Source: Candidatus Kerfeldbacteria bacterium (lineage in GTDB: Bacteria; Patescibacteriota; Patescibacteriia; UBA10025; JAHIVO01). From it: DNA of 64,000 bases. The stretch covers positions 841,041 to 905,040 of the forward strand of contig CP181398.1 in the NCBI GenBank assembly GCA_047946875.1, written 5' to 3'. Every line of letters begins with the position of its first letter. Position 1 is the first letter of the stretch. Below, piece after piece: positions 41,307-52,708 of the stretch. The position numbers and the translations under genes were made by a program. A model generated the notes under the pieces. The model had not been told where the DNA came from, searched no databases, and saw only the letters and a program-made list of their open reading frames with translations.

Positions 41307-43106
41307 TTATTCTAAATGTTTAAGCTCATTTGCTAATTCAGAAAATTTTTGACTATATTCATTAGCGGCCACCGAATCACCGGATTGTTCAAATTTTTGT
41401 AATTTTAACTCAATCTCCTTTAATTCTAGATGAATTAAATTCTTTTTTAAGTCTTTAGTCCCAGTTTTAAGCTCTTTTTGAATTTCTTCATCTTCCATTT
41501 CACCAAAAAGATTTGAGGCTTTTAAAGACAAAATATTAGCATAAGTTGCTAATTTTTGATCGTTAGCTAAATTTACTTTTATAAATTCATTATAGTCAAA
41601 GTTGTGCTTTTCAGTATAGTAAATTATCATACTTTTGTAAAGTTTTTTCAATTGTTCATTTGGCATAAATTCAGGTAATAACACGTCAACATATTCTTCT
41701 AATAACTCTGGCTTATTTATTATCATGCCAATTACATTCTCTGCCAAGTTTATAAAACGATTCTTTATTTCTGGCTTTGCTATTTCAGGATCAGATTTTT
41801 GTTTTTTTTGACTAGCCGTATCTTTATTTAATATTTGTAATAATTTATCTCTTAAAATATTCTCCTCTACATTCAAAATCCCTGCCAACTTTTGTAAGTA
41901 ATGAGTTTGCTCAATTGGGTCAACTAATTTTGAAATGACAGGCAATAATACTTTTGCAATTTCTTTTTTATCTTCAACTTTTGTTTCATCATATTTATTC
42001 AATGTTGAATCGAAATAATATTCCATAACAGATTGCGCATTTTCAATAGCTCTGGTCCAAGCTGATACATCTTTTTTTATTAAATCGTCAGGATCTTTTG
42101 CGTCAGGCAACTGAATAACTTTTGTATTCATATCTTCTTGCCAGGCCACTTCTATTCCACGTTTTGCAGCAGCATCGCCAGCTACATCTTGATCAAAAGC
42201 AAAAGCAATATTATTTGAAAATCTTTTTAGCATTTTTACTTGCTCAGAAGTTAAAGCTGTGCCAGAAGACGCAACTACATTAATAACTCCAGCCTGATGT
42301 GAAGATAAGCAATCCATATATCCTTCTACTACCACAGCTACTTTTTTTTGCTTTATCTCTTGTCTAGCTTTATCTAAACCAAATACTACATAACTCTTAT
42401 TATATACCAACGTTTGTGGAGAATTAATATATTTTGCAATTTTTTCTTCCTTGCCTAACCATCGTCCACCAAAACCAATTATATTTCCTTGTGTATCGCT
42501 GATTGGAAACATTAAACGATTTCTAAATCTATCATTATATCCGACTCCTCTATCTTTTTTTATAGTTAGGCCAGCCTGAAAAATATCATCCTCTTTATAA
42601 CCTTTTTTTACCAAGTAAGTATTTAATGTATCCCATGCATCCGGAGAATAACCTAATTTCCATTCTTCTATAGTCTCGTCTTTTACCTGACGATCAATTA
42701 AATATTTTTTGACAAATTCTGCTTTAGGATGGTCAACTAAAATTTTATGATAAAAATTTGCAGCTTCCTTACAAACATCCATTAATCTAGTTTTTTGATT
42801 ATTTACTGCTGGATCTTGATATTGCAATTCTACTCCTGCTTTTTTTGCCAACATACGCAATGCTTCAGGAAATTCCATGCCTTCCATCTTTTGAACAAAA
42901 CCATATATATCTCCTCCTTCACCACAGCCAAAACAATGCCATATTTGTTTATCTCTAGATATCATAAAAGACGGCGTCTTTTCATTATGAAAAGGACAAT
43001 TTGCTTTAAAATTATTTGTACCTGCTGGCTTTACTTGAATGTACTCTTGAATCAAGTCAACCACATCAATTTTACTTTTTATTTCTTCAATATTATCTTG
43101 TGCCAT
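41307..43106 (-). CDS. dnaG: DNA primase
   Basis: [10 protein letters not shown] zinc finger, KYINSP, VEGYMD, FDQD, KDPD. Confidence 0.97.
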   Translation of the reverse strand: MAQDNIEEIKSKIDVVDLIQEYIQVKPAGTNNFKANCPFHNEKTPSFMISRDKQIWHCFGCGEGGDIYGFVQKMEGMEFPEALRMLAKKAGVELQYQDPAVNNQKTRLMDVCKEAANFYHKILVDHPKAEFVKKYLIDRQVKDETIEEWKLGYSPDAWDTLNTYLVKKGYKEDDIFQAGLTIKKDRGVGYNDRFRNRLMFPISDTQGNIIGFGGRWLGKEEKIAKYINSPQTLVYNKSYVVFGLDKARQEIKQKKVAVVVEGYMDCLSSHQAGVINVVASSGTALTSEQVKMLKRFSNNIAFAFDQDVAGDAAAKRGIEVAWQEDMNTKVIQLPDAKDPDDLIKKDVSAWTRAIENAQSVMEYYFDSTLNKYDETKVEDKKEIAKVLLPVISKLVDPIEQTHYLQKLAGILNVEENILRDKLLQILNKDTASQKKQKSDPEIAKPEIKNRFINLAENVIGMIINKPELLEEYVDVLLPEFMPNEQLKKLYKSMIIYYTEKHNFDYNEFIKVNLANDQKLATYANILSLKASNLFGEMEDEEIQKELKTGTKDLKKNLIHLELKEIELKLQKFEQSGDSVAANEYSQKFSELANELKHLE

Positions 43107-43136
43107 TTATTTCAATTTGTTTATATAATTTTACTC

Positions 43137-43228
43137 TGGCGGAGAGAGAGGGATTCGAACCCTCGAAGGAATTTGACTCCCTTACTTGCTTTCCAAGCAA
43201 GCGCACTAGACCACTATGCGACCTCTCC
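43137..43228 (-). tRNA. tRNA-Ser(GGA)
   Basis: GGAGAGG...CTTGC-TTGGAAA-GCAAG, long variable arm, GGTTCGAATCC, GCCA end. Confidence 0.96.
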
Positions 43229-43233
43229 AAGTC

Positions 43234-43485
43234 TTATTTAATATCAGATCGCAACATTTCTTTAAATTGAATTCCACCTTTAAAGCTTTTTATCATTAAT
43301 TCTCTCAAGTAAGCCTCCGATTTTGACTTAAACATTTCTTTATAAATTATTATCCATGGAATACCAGACTTTGTTGATCTTACAGAGCCACTATTATGTT
43401 TTTTAAGTCGTGCAATTAAATTTTTAGTATGTCCAATATAATGCTTTCTATTTTTTTCACTCTGTAAAACATAAGTAACAAACAT
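43234..43485 (-). CDS. Small GIY-YIG nuclease
   Basis: TYVLQS...HYIGHT...RLKKHNSG...EAYLRE..IK. Confidence 0.9.
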   Translation of the reverse strand: MFVTYVLQSEKNRKHYIGHTKNLIARLKKHNSGSVRSTKSGIPWIIIYKEMFKSKSEAYLRELMIKSFKGGIQFKEMLRSDIK

Positions 43486-43490
43486 ATATT

Positions 43491-43564
43491 TTTACTTTCT
43501 GCCGCAGAGCGGCATCCCGCTTTGCGGGGCAAGCAAGCGCACTAGACCACTATGCGACCTCTCC
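43491..43564 (-). pseudogene. Duplicated 5' half of tRNA-Ser with a 30-nt insert in the anticodon
   Basis: 43530-43564 is identical to the tRNA 5' half; insert 43500-43529; then GAAAGTAAA versus tRNA GAAAGCAAG. Confidence 0.85.
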
Positions 43565-43625
43565 AAATTTAACTACTATAAAATATCTTATTTCATCATA
43601 ATCACTAGCATAAGGACATTTATAT

Positions 43626-43668
43626 TATGCGCCTGCCCACCGAAGCATAGCAAAGGTGGGACCTCTCC
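43626..43668 (-). pseudogene. tRNA-Ser nt 1-14 fragment split by a 29-nt palindromic insert
   Basis: GGAGAGGT[CCCACCTTTGCTATGCTTCGGTGGGCAGG]CGCATA. Confidence 0.7.
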
Positions 43669-43780
43669 TTATTTTAACTAAAAATAGCCAAAAATGCTAC
43701 TAATTCAGTATACCATAGCATTTTTATTCACAAAAGAAAAGGTCATAATAAGCCAATTTTGCATAATTTTATAAATATAC

Positions 43781-43808
43781 TTGACTTATATTAATAATTT
43801 GCTAAGAT
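43781..43808 (+). promoter_or_regulatory. Sigma-70 promoter of repeat unit 1
   Basis: TTGACT-16 nt-TAAGAT with extended -10 TG. Confidence 0.7.
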
Positions 43809-43812
43809 GGGT

Positions 43813-44205
43813 GCTGGAACCTAGTATTAGGAGGGAGTAATATGATTCCATTTGACACTTTAGCTGTCATTGGGTTTATTATTCAGCCCTTTCTAATCTC
43901 TAGCCATCCGATCCTGTTGGAGGACGAAAATCGTCTCTCGGACAGGCAACTGGCAAGTGCTATTCTCTGCGGAGATTTACGATACGGTCCCGAGTGGACC
44001 AATATCGAGCGCTGCCAAGTATTTTTCCCAAATGTTGAAGAAGCCCATGATGCAATTGGTCTGCTTGGGAATCGTGATTGGCTAGAGGGTAGGACCTCAT
44101 AGGGTTTGGAGTTGTTGTAACTCCATTGTTGCTCTTGAGGAGAGGGTTGGTTCTACCCAACAAAAAAACTAGGGCGGCTCCTTTTTAGAAACCGCCCTAC
44201 TTTAT
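43813..44205 (+). ncRNA. Putative large structured RNA, copy 1 (overlaps an 86-codon ORF at 43842-44102)
   Basis: Promoter-to-terminator unit; many nested helices; inter-copy changes keep pairing or fall in loops. Confidence 0.6.
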
Positions 44206-44279
44206 ATTGTTTTTGAAAATATTCAGGACAGCTAAAATTAATTAATAAAAAACCCATCTTCACATTTGTAATGACGGGT

Positions 44280-44465
44280 TTATTCTTTTGACGCCTTGCT
44301 CGTTTCATCTTTCACCTTCTTTTTTTCTTTGTTCCGATCGTATCCTTTTTCACCCTTTTTTTCTGAATGTGGTCCACCAGTTTGTTTTGGTAGTGGGATA
44401 CGACCATGTAAACGTTTAAAACGTTCTAGGTCAGTTTCTTTTTTCTTCTTTTTCTTTTTTGACAC
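44280..44465 (-). CDS. Small basic protein, ArfA-like candidate
   Basis: GTG start with AGGAGT SD, own promoter and terminator; HSEKKGEKGYDR resembles ArfA KKGKGSYxR. Confidence 0.6.
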   Translation of the reverse strand: MSKKKKKKKETDLERFKRLHGRIPLPKQTGGPHSEKKGEKGYDRNKEKKKVKDETSKASKE

Positions 44466-44553
44466 TTTTTACTCCTTTATTTTGAAAGTGACAATTTATT
44501 ATTACTTATTTTATGCCCAATGTCAAGTATATTTATAATATTATTCAAAACTC

Positions 44554-44581
44554 TTGACATATACCATTAACCTGCTAAGAT
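44554..44581 (+). promoter_or_regulatory. Sigma-70 promoter of repeat unit 2
   Basis: TTGACA-16 nt-TAAGAT with extended -10 TG. Confidence 0.7.
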
Positions 44582-44585
44582 GGGT

Positions 44586-44978
44586 GCTGGAACCTAGTAT
44601 TAGGAGGGAGTAATATGATTCCATTTGACACTTTAGCTGTCATTGGGTTTATTATTCAGCCCTTTCTAATCTCTAGCCATCCGATCCTGTTGGAGGACGA
44701 AAATCGTCTCTCGAGCAGGCAACTGGCAAGTGCTATTCTCTTAGGAGATTTACGATACGGTCCCGAGTGGACCAATATCGAGCGCTGCCAAGTATTTTTC
44801 CCAAATGTTAAAGCAACATCAGGCATTTGTTATCGGCCCCGGGAACGTGAATGGCTAGAGGGTAGGACCTCATAGGGTTTGGAGTTGTTATAACTCCATT
44901 GTTGCTCTTGAGGAGAGGGTTGGTTCTACCCAACAAAAAAATTAGGGCGGCTCCTTTTTAGAAACCGCCCTACTTTAT
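44586..44978 (+). ncRNA. Putative large structured RNA, copy 2 (overlaps an 86-codon ORF at 44615-44875)
   Basis: As copy 1; ends at the TAGGGCGG...CCGCCCTA terminator. Confidence 0.6.
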
Positions 44979-45007
44979 ATTGTCTTAAATTGTTTAATTC
45001 TCCATAA

Positions 45008-47347
45008 CTACTGAACTTTGTGGTAAGTACCCAAAGTAGTAGCCTCTTTGATGCACTCGGAAAATATCAATGGCACCATTTCCTCTTCACTTTGCAAAAA
45101 TGTACTCGCATTACCGATGATTATCAAAGCATCTTCAGCACGAGACAATGCAACACGCAACCGATTTATATTCTTATTAAAACCGATTTTGCCGTTGGTA
45201 TTTGAGCGTACAAAGCTGAGAATAATCACTTTTCGCTGTGATCCCTGGAAAGCATCCACTGTATTTACCGATTGGTATAATATCCTGCGGATAGCTGCTT
45301 CAGTCATGTCAGCAGTTTTTCTCCACTCTTTCAGTCGCCTATCCATAAACAGAGCATCTCGCAGTTTTCTTCTAATCAGATCAATCTGCGCCCTGTATGG
45401 AGTAATTGTGGCAACATCTTCCAGACTATAGCCTTTTAGAAGAAGTTTCACAATACGCTCAACAACGATATTAGCCTCACGACTGTTCAGATAAGAAGTT
45501 CCCTTCCTTTCCTCTTCGTTATCTTGCGCACCTGAAGTGTCAAAGAAAGAAAAATATCCGTCATCATCAGTATCAAACCTCCCGGGTATCAGCATTCCTT
45601 TATAAAAAAGTCTGCTAATAAGCCTGCAAATTACAGGCAATGACCTTCTGTTAACATTTAACAAATTAACAGGAAGCAAACCCATAGAGATAATGCAGTT
45701 GAACCACCCCTTGGAAAAGTTATCAATATCTATCGGAGAAAAACCAGCATGACCCAGATGCTCTCTGGCATCAGGAACAATATCAATATTTCCAAGCTGC
45801 TCGGGATCACCTATAAACACAATCTTGCCAGTTGTTTGCTGGACAATGGGAAGGATTTCAAAAAGAAATCCTCTAGATGCTTCATCAATAAATGTCAGAT
45901 CAAAGCTATATCCCAATTTCCTCAATGCATTCAAGGTGCGATCAACGAGAAAGGAAGACATTGTACAAGCCAATACCACATTACTGCCACCATAAAGCAT
46001 ATTATCAATTTTTTTAGTTTCTCTCTTTGACAATTCGCTGTCCGTATTAGCCTTCTCACTGTCTCTGAATTCGTCATTTACCACAAATCTTGTGGAACGA
46101 TGAAAACTTTTCCCGGGATCAGTTATACTGTCTGCATTGTTTCCAAGCCTGAATATTAAATCTTCATTGCCAATACCCTTAGATACGAAAGAAACTAAAT
46201 TATCCGTACCTTGGTTGCTGTGTGACACAAGAAGAGTTATCCTATTTTGGAGCCATGACTGCTTTATGGCCAAGGAAGTCATAAATGACTTACCTGTTCC
46301 AGCAGGACCCTGCACAAGAACAATACCTCTATTACTAGCAAAGCTAGACAGAGACAATAGCTGCGAACGGTCTTGGAAAAGCATACGGGCCTGAAATTTA
46401 TCAAGAGATAACGAGTCGTACTGCTCTGCACCGTTGTTGTGCTGAACACCCGACATAATGCGATAAGACAATGAAAATTCATCATCATCCACCAAACTAG
46501 TACATAGATCATACTGAGCTTGTGCAATACCGCTACTCACTTCTCTCTTAAATTGAACGATGTCATTGACAGCGAACCTTGGAATAGGTACGGGAAAAGA
46601 AACAATTATTTCTTCTTCGCGTACGGATTCAACAATAGCTGAAATTTCTAAGCCTCTGGAATTAAAAAAGATAATTACATTATCTTCATAAAAAACTGGC
46701 ATTCCACGAAACATAAATTCTTCAGTTATTGGAATCGTCACCCTCTTGACCTTGGGCGCTTTTTTCTTCCCTCTTTTCAAAGGAAATTTGAATCCTATTG
46801 AAAAAGCAAGATGATCAATCCCTTGGAGCCACCCCAAATACCATTCCAGATAAGAAACCGAAACTCTAAGCATTGGACTAAAAAGATCCAAACTCAGTTT
46901 TTGGTCTGGAATTCCGGTAGGACCGAGAGAATGCACCTTAGAATAGTTACATCCCTGATCTGGTGTATGATCAAAAATTATTGGCAAAGGTTCTATAACC
47001 TGACCAATAAGTCCAACAAACTTATCCCAATCTCCTTCAAAATAATGGACATCATAATGCCCATCTTCATGAATAACGAAAATCTGTGGAGAAAAACTCT
47101 TCTTCCCCCCGCCTCGACACAGTATCACCTGCGTATCAGGAAATTCCTTTTTAATAGGAATCGCTACGGTTTCAAGACTTTCATTTATGATGACAATCAG
47201 ATCCGGATTACCTTCTATCTTATCAGGTTTCTTCTCACTGCTTGTTGTGAAGGGAATTTGTCTGCGTTTCAGCTGATCACTGAACACATTATCTCCCCCA
47301 CGTGCAATGAAGAGAACAGATTTGAAACTGAACTCTGGATTTTGCAT
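45008..47347 (-). CDS. Superfamily 1 Upf1/DNA2/NAM7-like helicase with unrecognised N-terminal domains
   Basis: GPAGTGKS, IDEAS, GDPEQL, TPYRAQ, VDAFQG, RLRVALSRA. Confidence 0.88.
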   Translation of the reverse strand: MQNPEFSFKSVLFIARGGDNVFSDQLKRRQIPFTTSSEKKPDKIEGNPDLIVIINESLETVAIPIKKEFPDTQVILCRGGGKKSFSPQIFVIHEDGHYDVHYFEGDWDKFVGLIGQVIEPLPIIFDHTPDQGCNYSKVHSLGPTGIPDQKLSLDLFSPMLRVSVSYLEWYLGWLQGIDHLAFSIGFKFPLKRGKKKAPKVKRVTIPITEEFMFRGMPVFYEDNVIIFFNSRGLEISAIVESVREEEIIVSFPVPIPRFAVNDIVQFKREVSSGIAQAQYDLCTSLVDDDEFSLSYRIMSGVQHNNGAEQYDSLSLDKFQARMLFQDRSQLLSLSSFASNRGIVLVQGPAGTGKSFMTSLAIKQSWLQNRITLLVSHSNQGTDNLVSFVSKGIGNEDLIFRLGNNADSITDPGKSFHRSTRFVVNDEFRDSEKANTDSELSKRETKKIDNMLYGGSNVVLACTMSSFLVDRTLNALRKLGYSFDLTFIDEASRGFLFEILPIVQQTTGKIVFIGDPEQLGNIDIVPDAREHLGHAGFSPIDIDNFSKGWFNCIISMGLLPVNLLNVNRRSLPVICRLISRLFYKGMLIPGRFDTDDDGYFSFFDTSGAQDNEEERKGTSYLNSREANIVVERIVKLLLKGYSLEDVATITPYRAQIDLIRRKLRDALFMDRRLKEWRKTADMTEAAIRRILYQSVNTVDAFQGSQRKVIILSFVRSNTNGKIGFNKNINRLRVALSRAEDALIIIGNASTFLQSEEEMVPLIFSECIKEATTLGTYHKVQ

Positions 47348-47485
47348 TCTATATCTCCCATTTGAATATTTTACATTTTATTAAAGAACAAACAATTAAA
47401 AAACCTTAACAAATATTTTGTATCTAGTCAAGCTTTAAAAATAACAAAAGAGGCTTATTTTAAGCCTCTTTTGTTTGAATATTGT

Positions 47486-49921
47486 TTATTTTCTTTTTTC
47501 TGCTTTTACTATATCAATTGTAGTTTTGATTACAGTATCTGGTATAAGAGACATACTATCAATATCTTCTTTGGCAATAAATCTTGCAAACTCTGGATAG
47601 TCAGATGGCGCTTGTCCACAAATACCAATTTTTCTCTTATTTTTTCTAGCAGCCTTAATCACATCTCTAACCAATCTTTTAACAGCATCGTTACGTTCAT
47701 CATAGATATGAGCCACCAACTCTGAATCACGATCAACTCCCAAAGCTAATTGCGTAAGATCATTAGATCCTATAGAAAAACCATCGAAAATCTTGGAAAA
47801 CTGATCGGCTAAAATAACATTAGCAGGTATCTCACACATAACATAAACTTCTAGCTTATTCTTGCCTCTTTCTAAACCATATTTTTTCATTGTGGCTAAT
47901 ACTTTTTTACCTTCTTCGACAGTTCTACAAAATGGTACCATTACTTTTAGATTATTTAGACCCATTTTCTCTCGTACTCTACGAATAGCTTCACACTCTA
48001 AGGCAAAGGCAGGTTCGTAGTTTGGATCGTAATACCTTGAAGCTCCGCGCCAACCAATCATCGGATTACTCTCTTCTGGTTCAAAATATTTACCACCAAC
48101 TAAACTTGCATACTCATTAGATTTGAAATCAGAAAATCTTAAAATAACATCTTTAGGATAAAATGCTGCAGCGATACGTCCAATACCTTCTGCTAATTTT
48201 TGAATATAGAATTCCGGTTTAGATTTATATCCATCAGTTGCTTCTTCAATTATTTTTCTTTCTGCTAGATCAGTAACTTTATTAAACTTCAATAATGCTA
48301 ATGGATGAATCTTAATATAAGATGTAATAATAAATTCTTCACGAGCCAATCCTACACCATCATTGGGAATCAATGAATCAGCAAAGGCTGTTTCTGGATT
48401 ACCCACGTTCATCATAATCTTAGTACGTGGTCTCTTCAAAGTTTTTAAGTTTGTTTTCTTGATAGTAAATGGCATCTTACCTTTATAAACAAATCCACGC
48501 TCACCTTCAGCGCAAGATATTGTAACAATACCTCCTTTTTTTAAATCCTCAGTAGCAGTAGACGTACCTACTACACAAGGCACTCCTAACTCACGAGAGA
48601 TAATAGCGGCATGACAAGTTCGTCCACCAGAATTTGTTACTATAGCAGCTGCTTTCTTCATAATTGGCTCCCAGTCCGGATCAGTCATTTCTGTAACCAA
48701 CACCTCTCCCTCTTTAAACTGATGAATATCTTTAACGTCTTTAATGATATGTACTGGCCCAACTGCAATCTTGGATCCAACTGAAGCTCCTTCAGTTAAT
48801 ACGGTACCTCGCTTGTCCAAAATATATGATATTAATTCATTTGGGTTTTGCTGACTTGTTACAGTCTCTGGTCTAGCTTGCACAATAAATAGCTGACCAG
48901 TTTGACCATCTTTAGCCCATTCCATATCCATTGGCTTGAAATGACCCGCTTTGGCAGAATAATGATCCTCAATAATCATTGCCCATTTAGCAAGTTTTAA
49001 TATTTCATTGTCAGTTAAAGAATATTTTTTTCTATCAGCTTTAGATACAGGGACGTTCTTAACTGGCTTATTACCAGTATCTGCATAAATCATTTTGATT
49101 TCTTTACTACCAAGAGTCCTGCCAATAATGGGTCTAAATCCTTGTTTTAATGTTGGCTTATGAACATAAAACTCATCTGGTGTTACAGCACCTTGTACAA
49201 CATTTTCACCAAGTCCATAAGCTGAGTTAATTAGTACAGCATCTTTGAATCCTGACTCTGTATCAATGGAAAACATAACTCCAGAAGATGCTAAATCAGA
49301 ACGTACCATTTTTTGTACGGCGATTGATAAATAAACATCAAACTGGCCAAAACCTTTAGTCTTACGATAAGAAATAGCACGGTTAGTAAATAGTGATGCA
49401 AAACAAGCTTTACATGATTCTATTAATGCGTGAGCTCCATGTACATTTAAATATGTTTCCTGTTGTCCAGCAAAAGAAGCGTCAGGCAAATCTTCAGCAG
49501 TAGCACTTGATCGAACTGCCGTATCCACATTAGCTATTTTATATTGTTTTGATAATTTTTTATAAGCAGCTACTATTTCATCCTGTAATTCTTGTGGAAA
49601 ATGAGCGTGCATAATAATATCCCGTACTTTCCTACCCCTTTCGTACAAATTTTTCAAATTATGAGTATCTAAACCGCTTAAAGCCCTTTCAATATCATCA
49701 TGAATTCTTGCTTTTTTTAATAAATATTTATATGCATATGATGTAATAGCAAATCCATTTGGCACTTTAACACCTTTCTTAGCCAATTCTCGATACATCT
49801 CACCCAATGAGGCATTTTTACCTCCAACTAGTGCTATATCCTTAATTGTTATTTCATCAAACCAAAGAATAAAACGTTTATTTCTTGAAACAGTACGTTT
49901 TGTTTTTTTTGCTTTTGCCAT
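47486..49921 (-). CDS. ppsA: Phosphoenolpyruvate synthase
   Basis: VGGKNASLGEM, VRSSATAEDL, GGRTCHAAI, SIGSNDLTQL, GICGQAPSD. Confidence 0.97.
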   Translation of the reverse strand: MAKAKKTKRTVSRNKRFILWFDEITIKDIALVGGKNASLGEMYRELAKKGVKVPNGFAITSYAYKYLLKKARIHDDIERALSGLDTHNLKNLYERGRKVRDIIMHAHFPQELQDEIVAAYKKLSKQYKIANVDTAVRSSATAEDLPDASFAGQQETYLNVHGAHALIESCKACFASLFTNRAISYRKTKGFGQFDVYLSIAVQKMVRSDLASSGVMFSIDTESGFKDAVLINSAYGLGENVVQGAVTPDEFYVHKPTLKQGFRPIIGRTLGSKEIKMIYADTGNKPVKNVPVSKADRKKYSLTDNEILKLAKWAMIIEDHYSAKAGHFKPMDMEWAKDGQTGQLFIVQARPETVTSQQNPNELISYILDKRGTVLTEGASVGSKIAVGPVHIIKDVKDIHQFKEGEVLVTEMTDPDWEPIMKKAAAIVTNSGGRTCHAAIISRELGVPCVVGTSTATEDLKKGGIVTISCAEGERGFVYKGKMPFTIKKTNLKTLKRPRTKIMMNVGNPETAFADSLIPNDGVGLAREEFIITSYIKIHPLALLKFNKVTDLAERKIIEEATDGYKSKPEFYIQKLAEGIGRIAAAFYPKDVILRFSDFKSNEYASLVGGKYFEPEESNPMIGWRGASRYYDPNYEPAFALECEAIRRVREKMGLNNLKVMVPFCRTVEEGKKVLATMKKYGLERGKNKLEVYVMCEIPANVILADQFSKIFDGFSIGSNDLTQLALGVDRDSELVAHIYDERNDAVKRLVRDVIKAARKNKRKIGICGQAPSDYPEFARFIAKEDIDSMSLIPDTVIKTTIDIVKAEKRK

Positions 49922-50018
49922 ACAAAATTTAAAATTAATTTATTAAGATAATATCATTATAACACAAAAAAAGCCTAAAGTTAAAATAACTTAAGACTTT
50001 TTTTATAATTCAAAAAAA

Positions 50019-50369
50019 TTAAATGTTAATTTTTTCTGCTAAATCACCAACTACGGGAATTCTGTATTTCTCTCCTGATAAAGCTTTAATAAATCCTATT
50101 ATTTCTAATACAATAATTACCAACCATAGTGCCCATCCAATTATTGGAATGACGCCGATGAATGAAGCAATAAATAATATTACTCCTTGCTTAGCATGAA
50201 AATTTACAAATTTATCATCTTTTTTGATGATTAACATTACAATACTAATTATCCAGATATAAGAAAGTGCTGCCATCAAATTACTGTCTGAATTTGTTGG
50301 AGCTTGACCTCCATCATTAGGCTGTTTGTTATCTGAATCTACTGTTGACATTGGTTTGTCTGCTGTCAT
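50019..50369 (-). CDS. DUF4870-family membrane protein
   Basis: AALSY...FVNFHAKQG...YRIPVVG; start moved to MTADKP. Confidence 0.8.
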   Translation of the reverse strand: MTADKPMSTVDSDNKQPNDGGQAPTNSDSNLMAALSYIWIISIVMLIIKKDDKFVNFHAKQGVILFIASFIGVIPIIGWALWLVIIVLEIIGFIKALSGEKYRIPVVGDLAEKINI

Positions 50370-50829
50370 ATATTCCACCCCCTTTCGATTTATTATTATC
50401 TCTTTTTGATAATAAATTTTTAAATAATAAGAAAAATGTAAAACTTGATACTGCACCAACTACTGTGATAATAAACGGCTGAATTATTAAGCTCAATAAA
50501 TATACAAATTCATGAAACCAGATTATTTCAAAAATTGCAAGTCCAATACCGCCACCAATACCTATAAAAATACTTGCTACCAAAGCTGTATTGAATTCTA
50601 ATCGCCTTATTCTTAATAACCAAAAACTAAATACAATGAATACAAACACTTCAATAATCCAGTGTCCATATTCATAAACATTAAACGTAATATTTATTAC
50701 CTCTAATACTATTAGCAATAAAATAAACCATTTAACAGTCTGCCAATAAAAACTCAAACTTTTCCCAGCAATCAATGATTCATCGCCAGATAACTTTACT
50801 TTATTTTCTAAGTTTTTCTTATCTGTCAT
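50329..50829 (-). CDS. Hypothetical 4-TM membrane protein
   Basis: Hydrophobic ORF. Confidence 0.65.
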   Translation of the reverse strand: MTDKKNLENKVKLSGDESLIAGKSLSFYWQTVKWFILLLIVLEVINITFNVYEYGHWIIEVFVFIVFSFWLLRIRRLEFNTALVASIFIGIGGGIGLAIFEIIWFHEFVYLLSLIIQPFIITVVGAVSSFTFFLLFKNLLSKRDNNKSKGGGIYDSRQTNVNSRFR

Positions 50830-51038
50830 AAATATTATTCAATACTTATTCCTATTTATAGTATAACGCATTTTAAATATAAATAAAACAAAACCCTCGA
50901 ATAAACGAGGGCCTGTTCTAAATATTAAACATATAATTGCTCGCGAGGATACGGGTCTTGTGGGTCCCGATCCGAGCGAAACATATGATTTGCGGAAAGC
51001 ATTGAAAACCACTTTCTTAAAGGGGTTTTCAAAGATTT

Positions 51039-52694
<1,656 letters not shown>

Positions 52695-52708
52695 TTAGTA
52701 TTTAAATT

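Larger units (their letters stand above)
43800..44983 (+). repeat. 411-bp direct repeat, copies 43800-44210 and 44573-44983
   Basis: Offset 773; identical except ~7 scattered substitutions and one divergent ~36-nt block. Confidence 0.95.

Noticed and set aside
43137-43668. CRISPR array or prophage att site
   Set aside because: The repeats are tRNA 5' fragments of unequal length; no cas or integrase gene is present
44835-44848. Copy-2 variable block (CCCGGGAACGT) is complementary to a conserved 16S rRNA segment near nt 1380
   Set aside because: Only ~11 nt, compared from memory, partly used in an internal helix, and copy 1 has no equivalent match; probably chance
43842-44875. The two 86-aa ORFs as the main product of the repeat
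   Set aside because: Not excluded (AGGAGG SD, frame kept), but the scattered substitutions are non-synonymous while pairing is preserved, and the SD is predicted to be paired; an RNA function is favoured
43800-44983. Diversity-generating retroelement TR/VR pair
   Set aside because: Differences are not confined to adenines on either strand, and no reverse transcriptase is in the window
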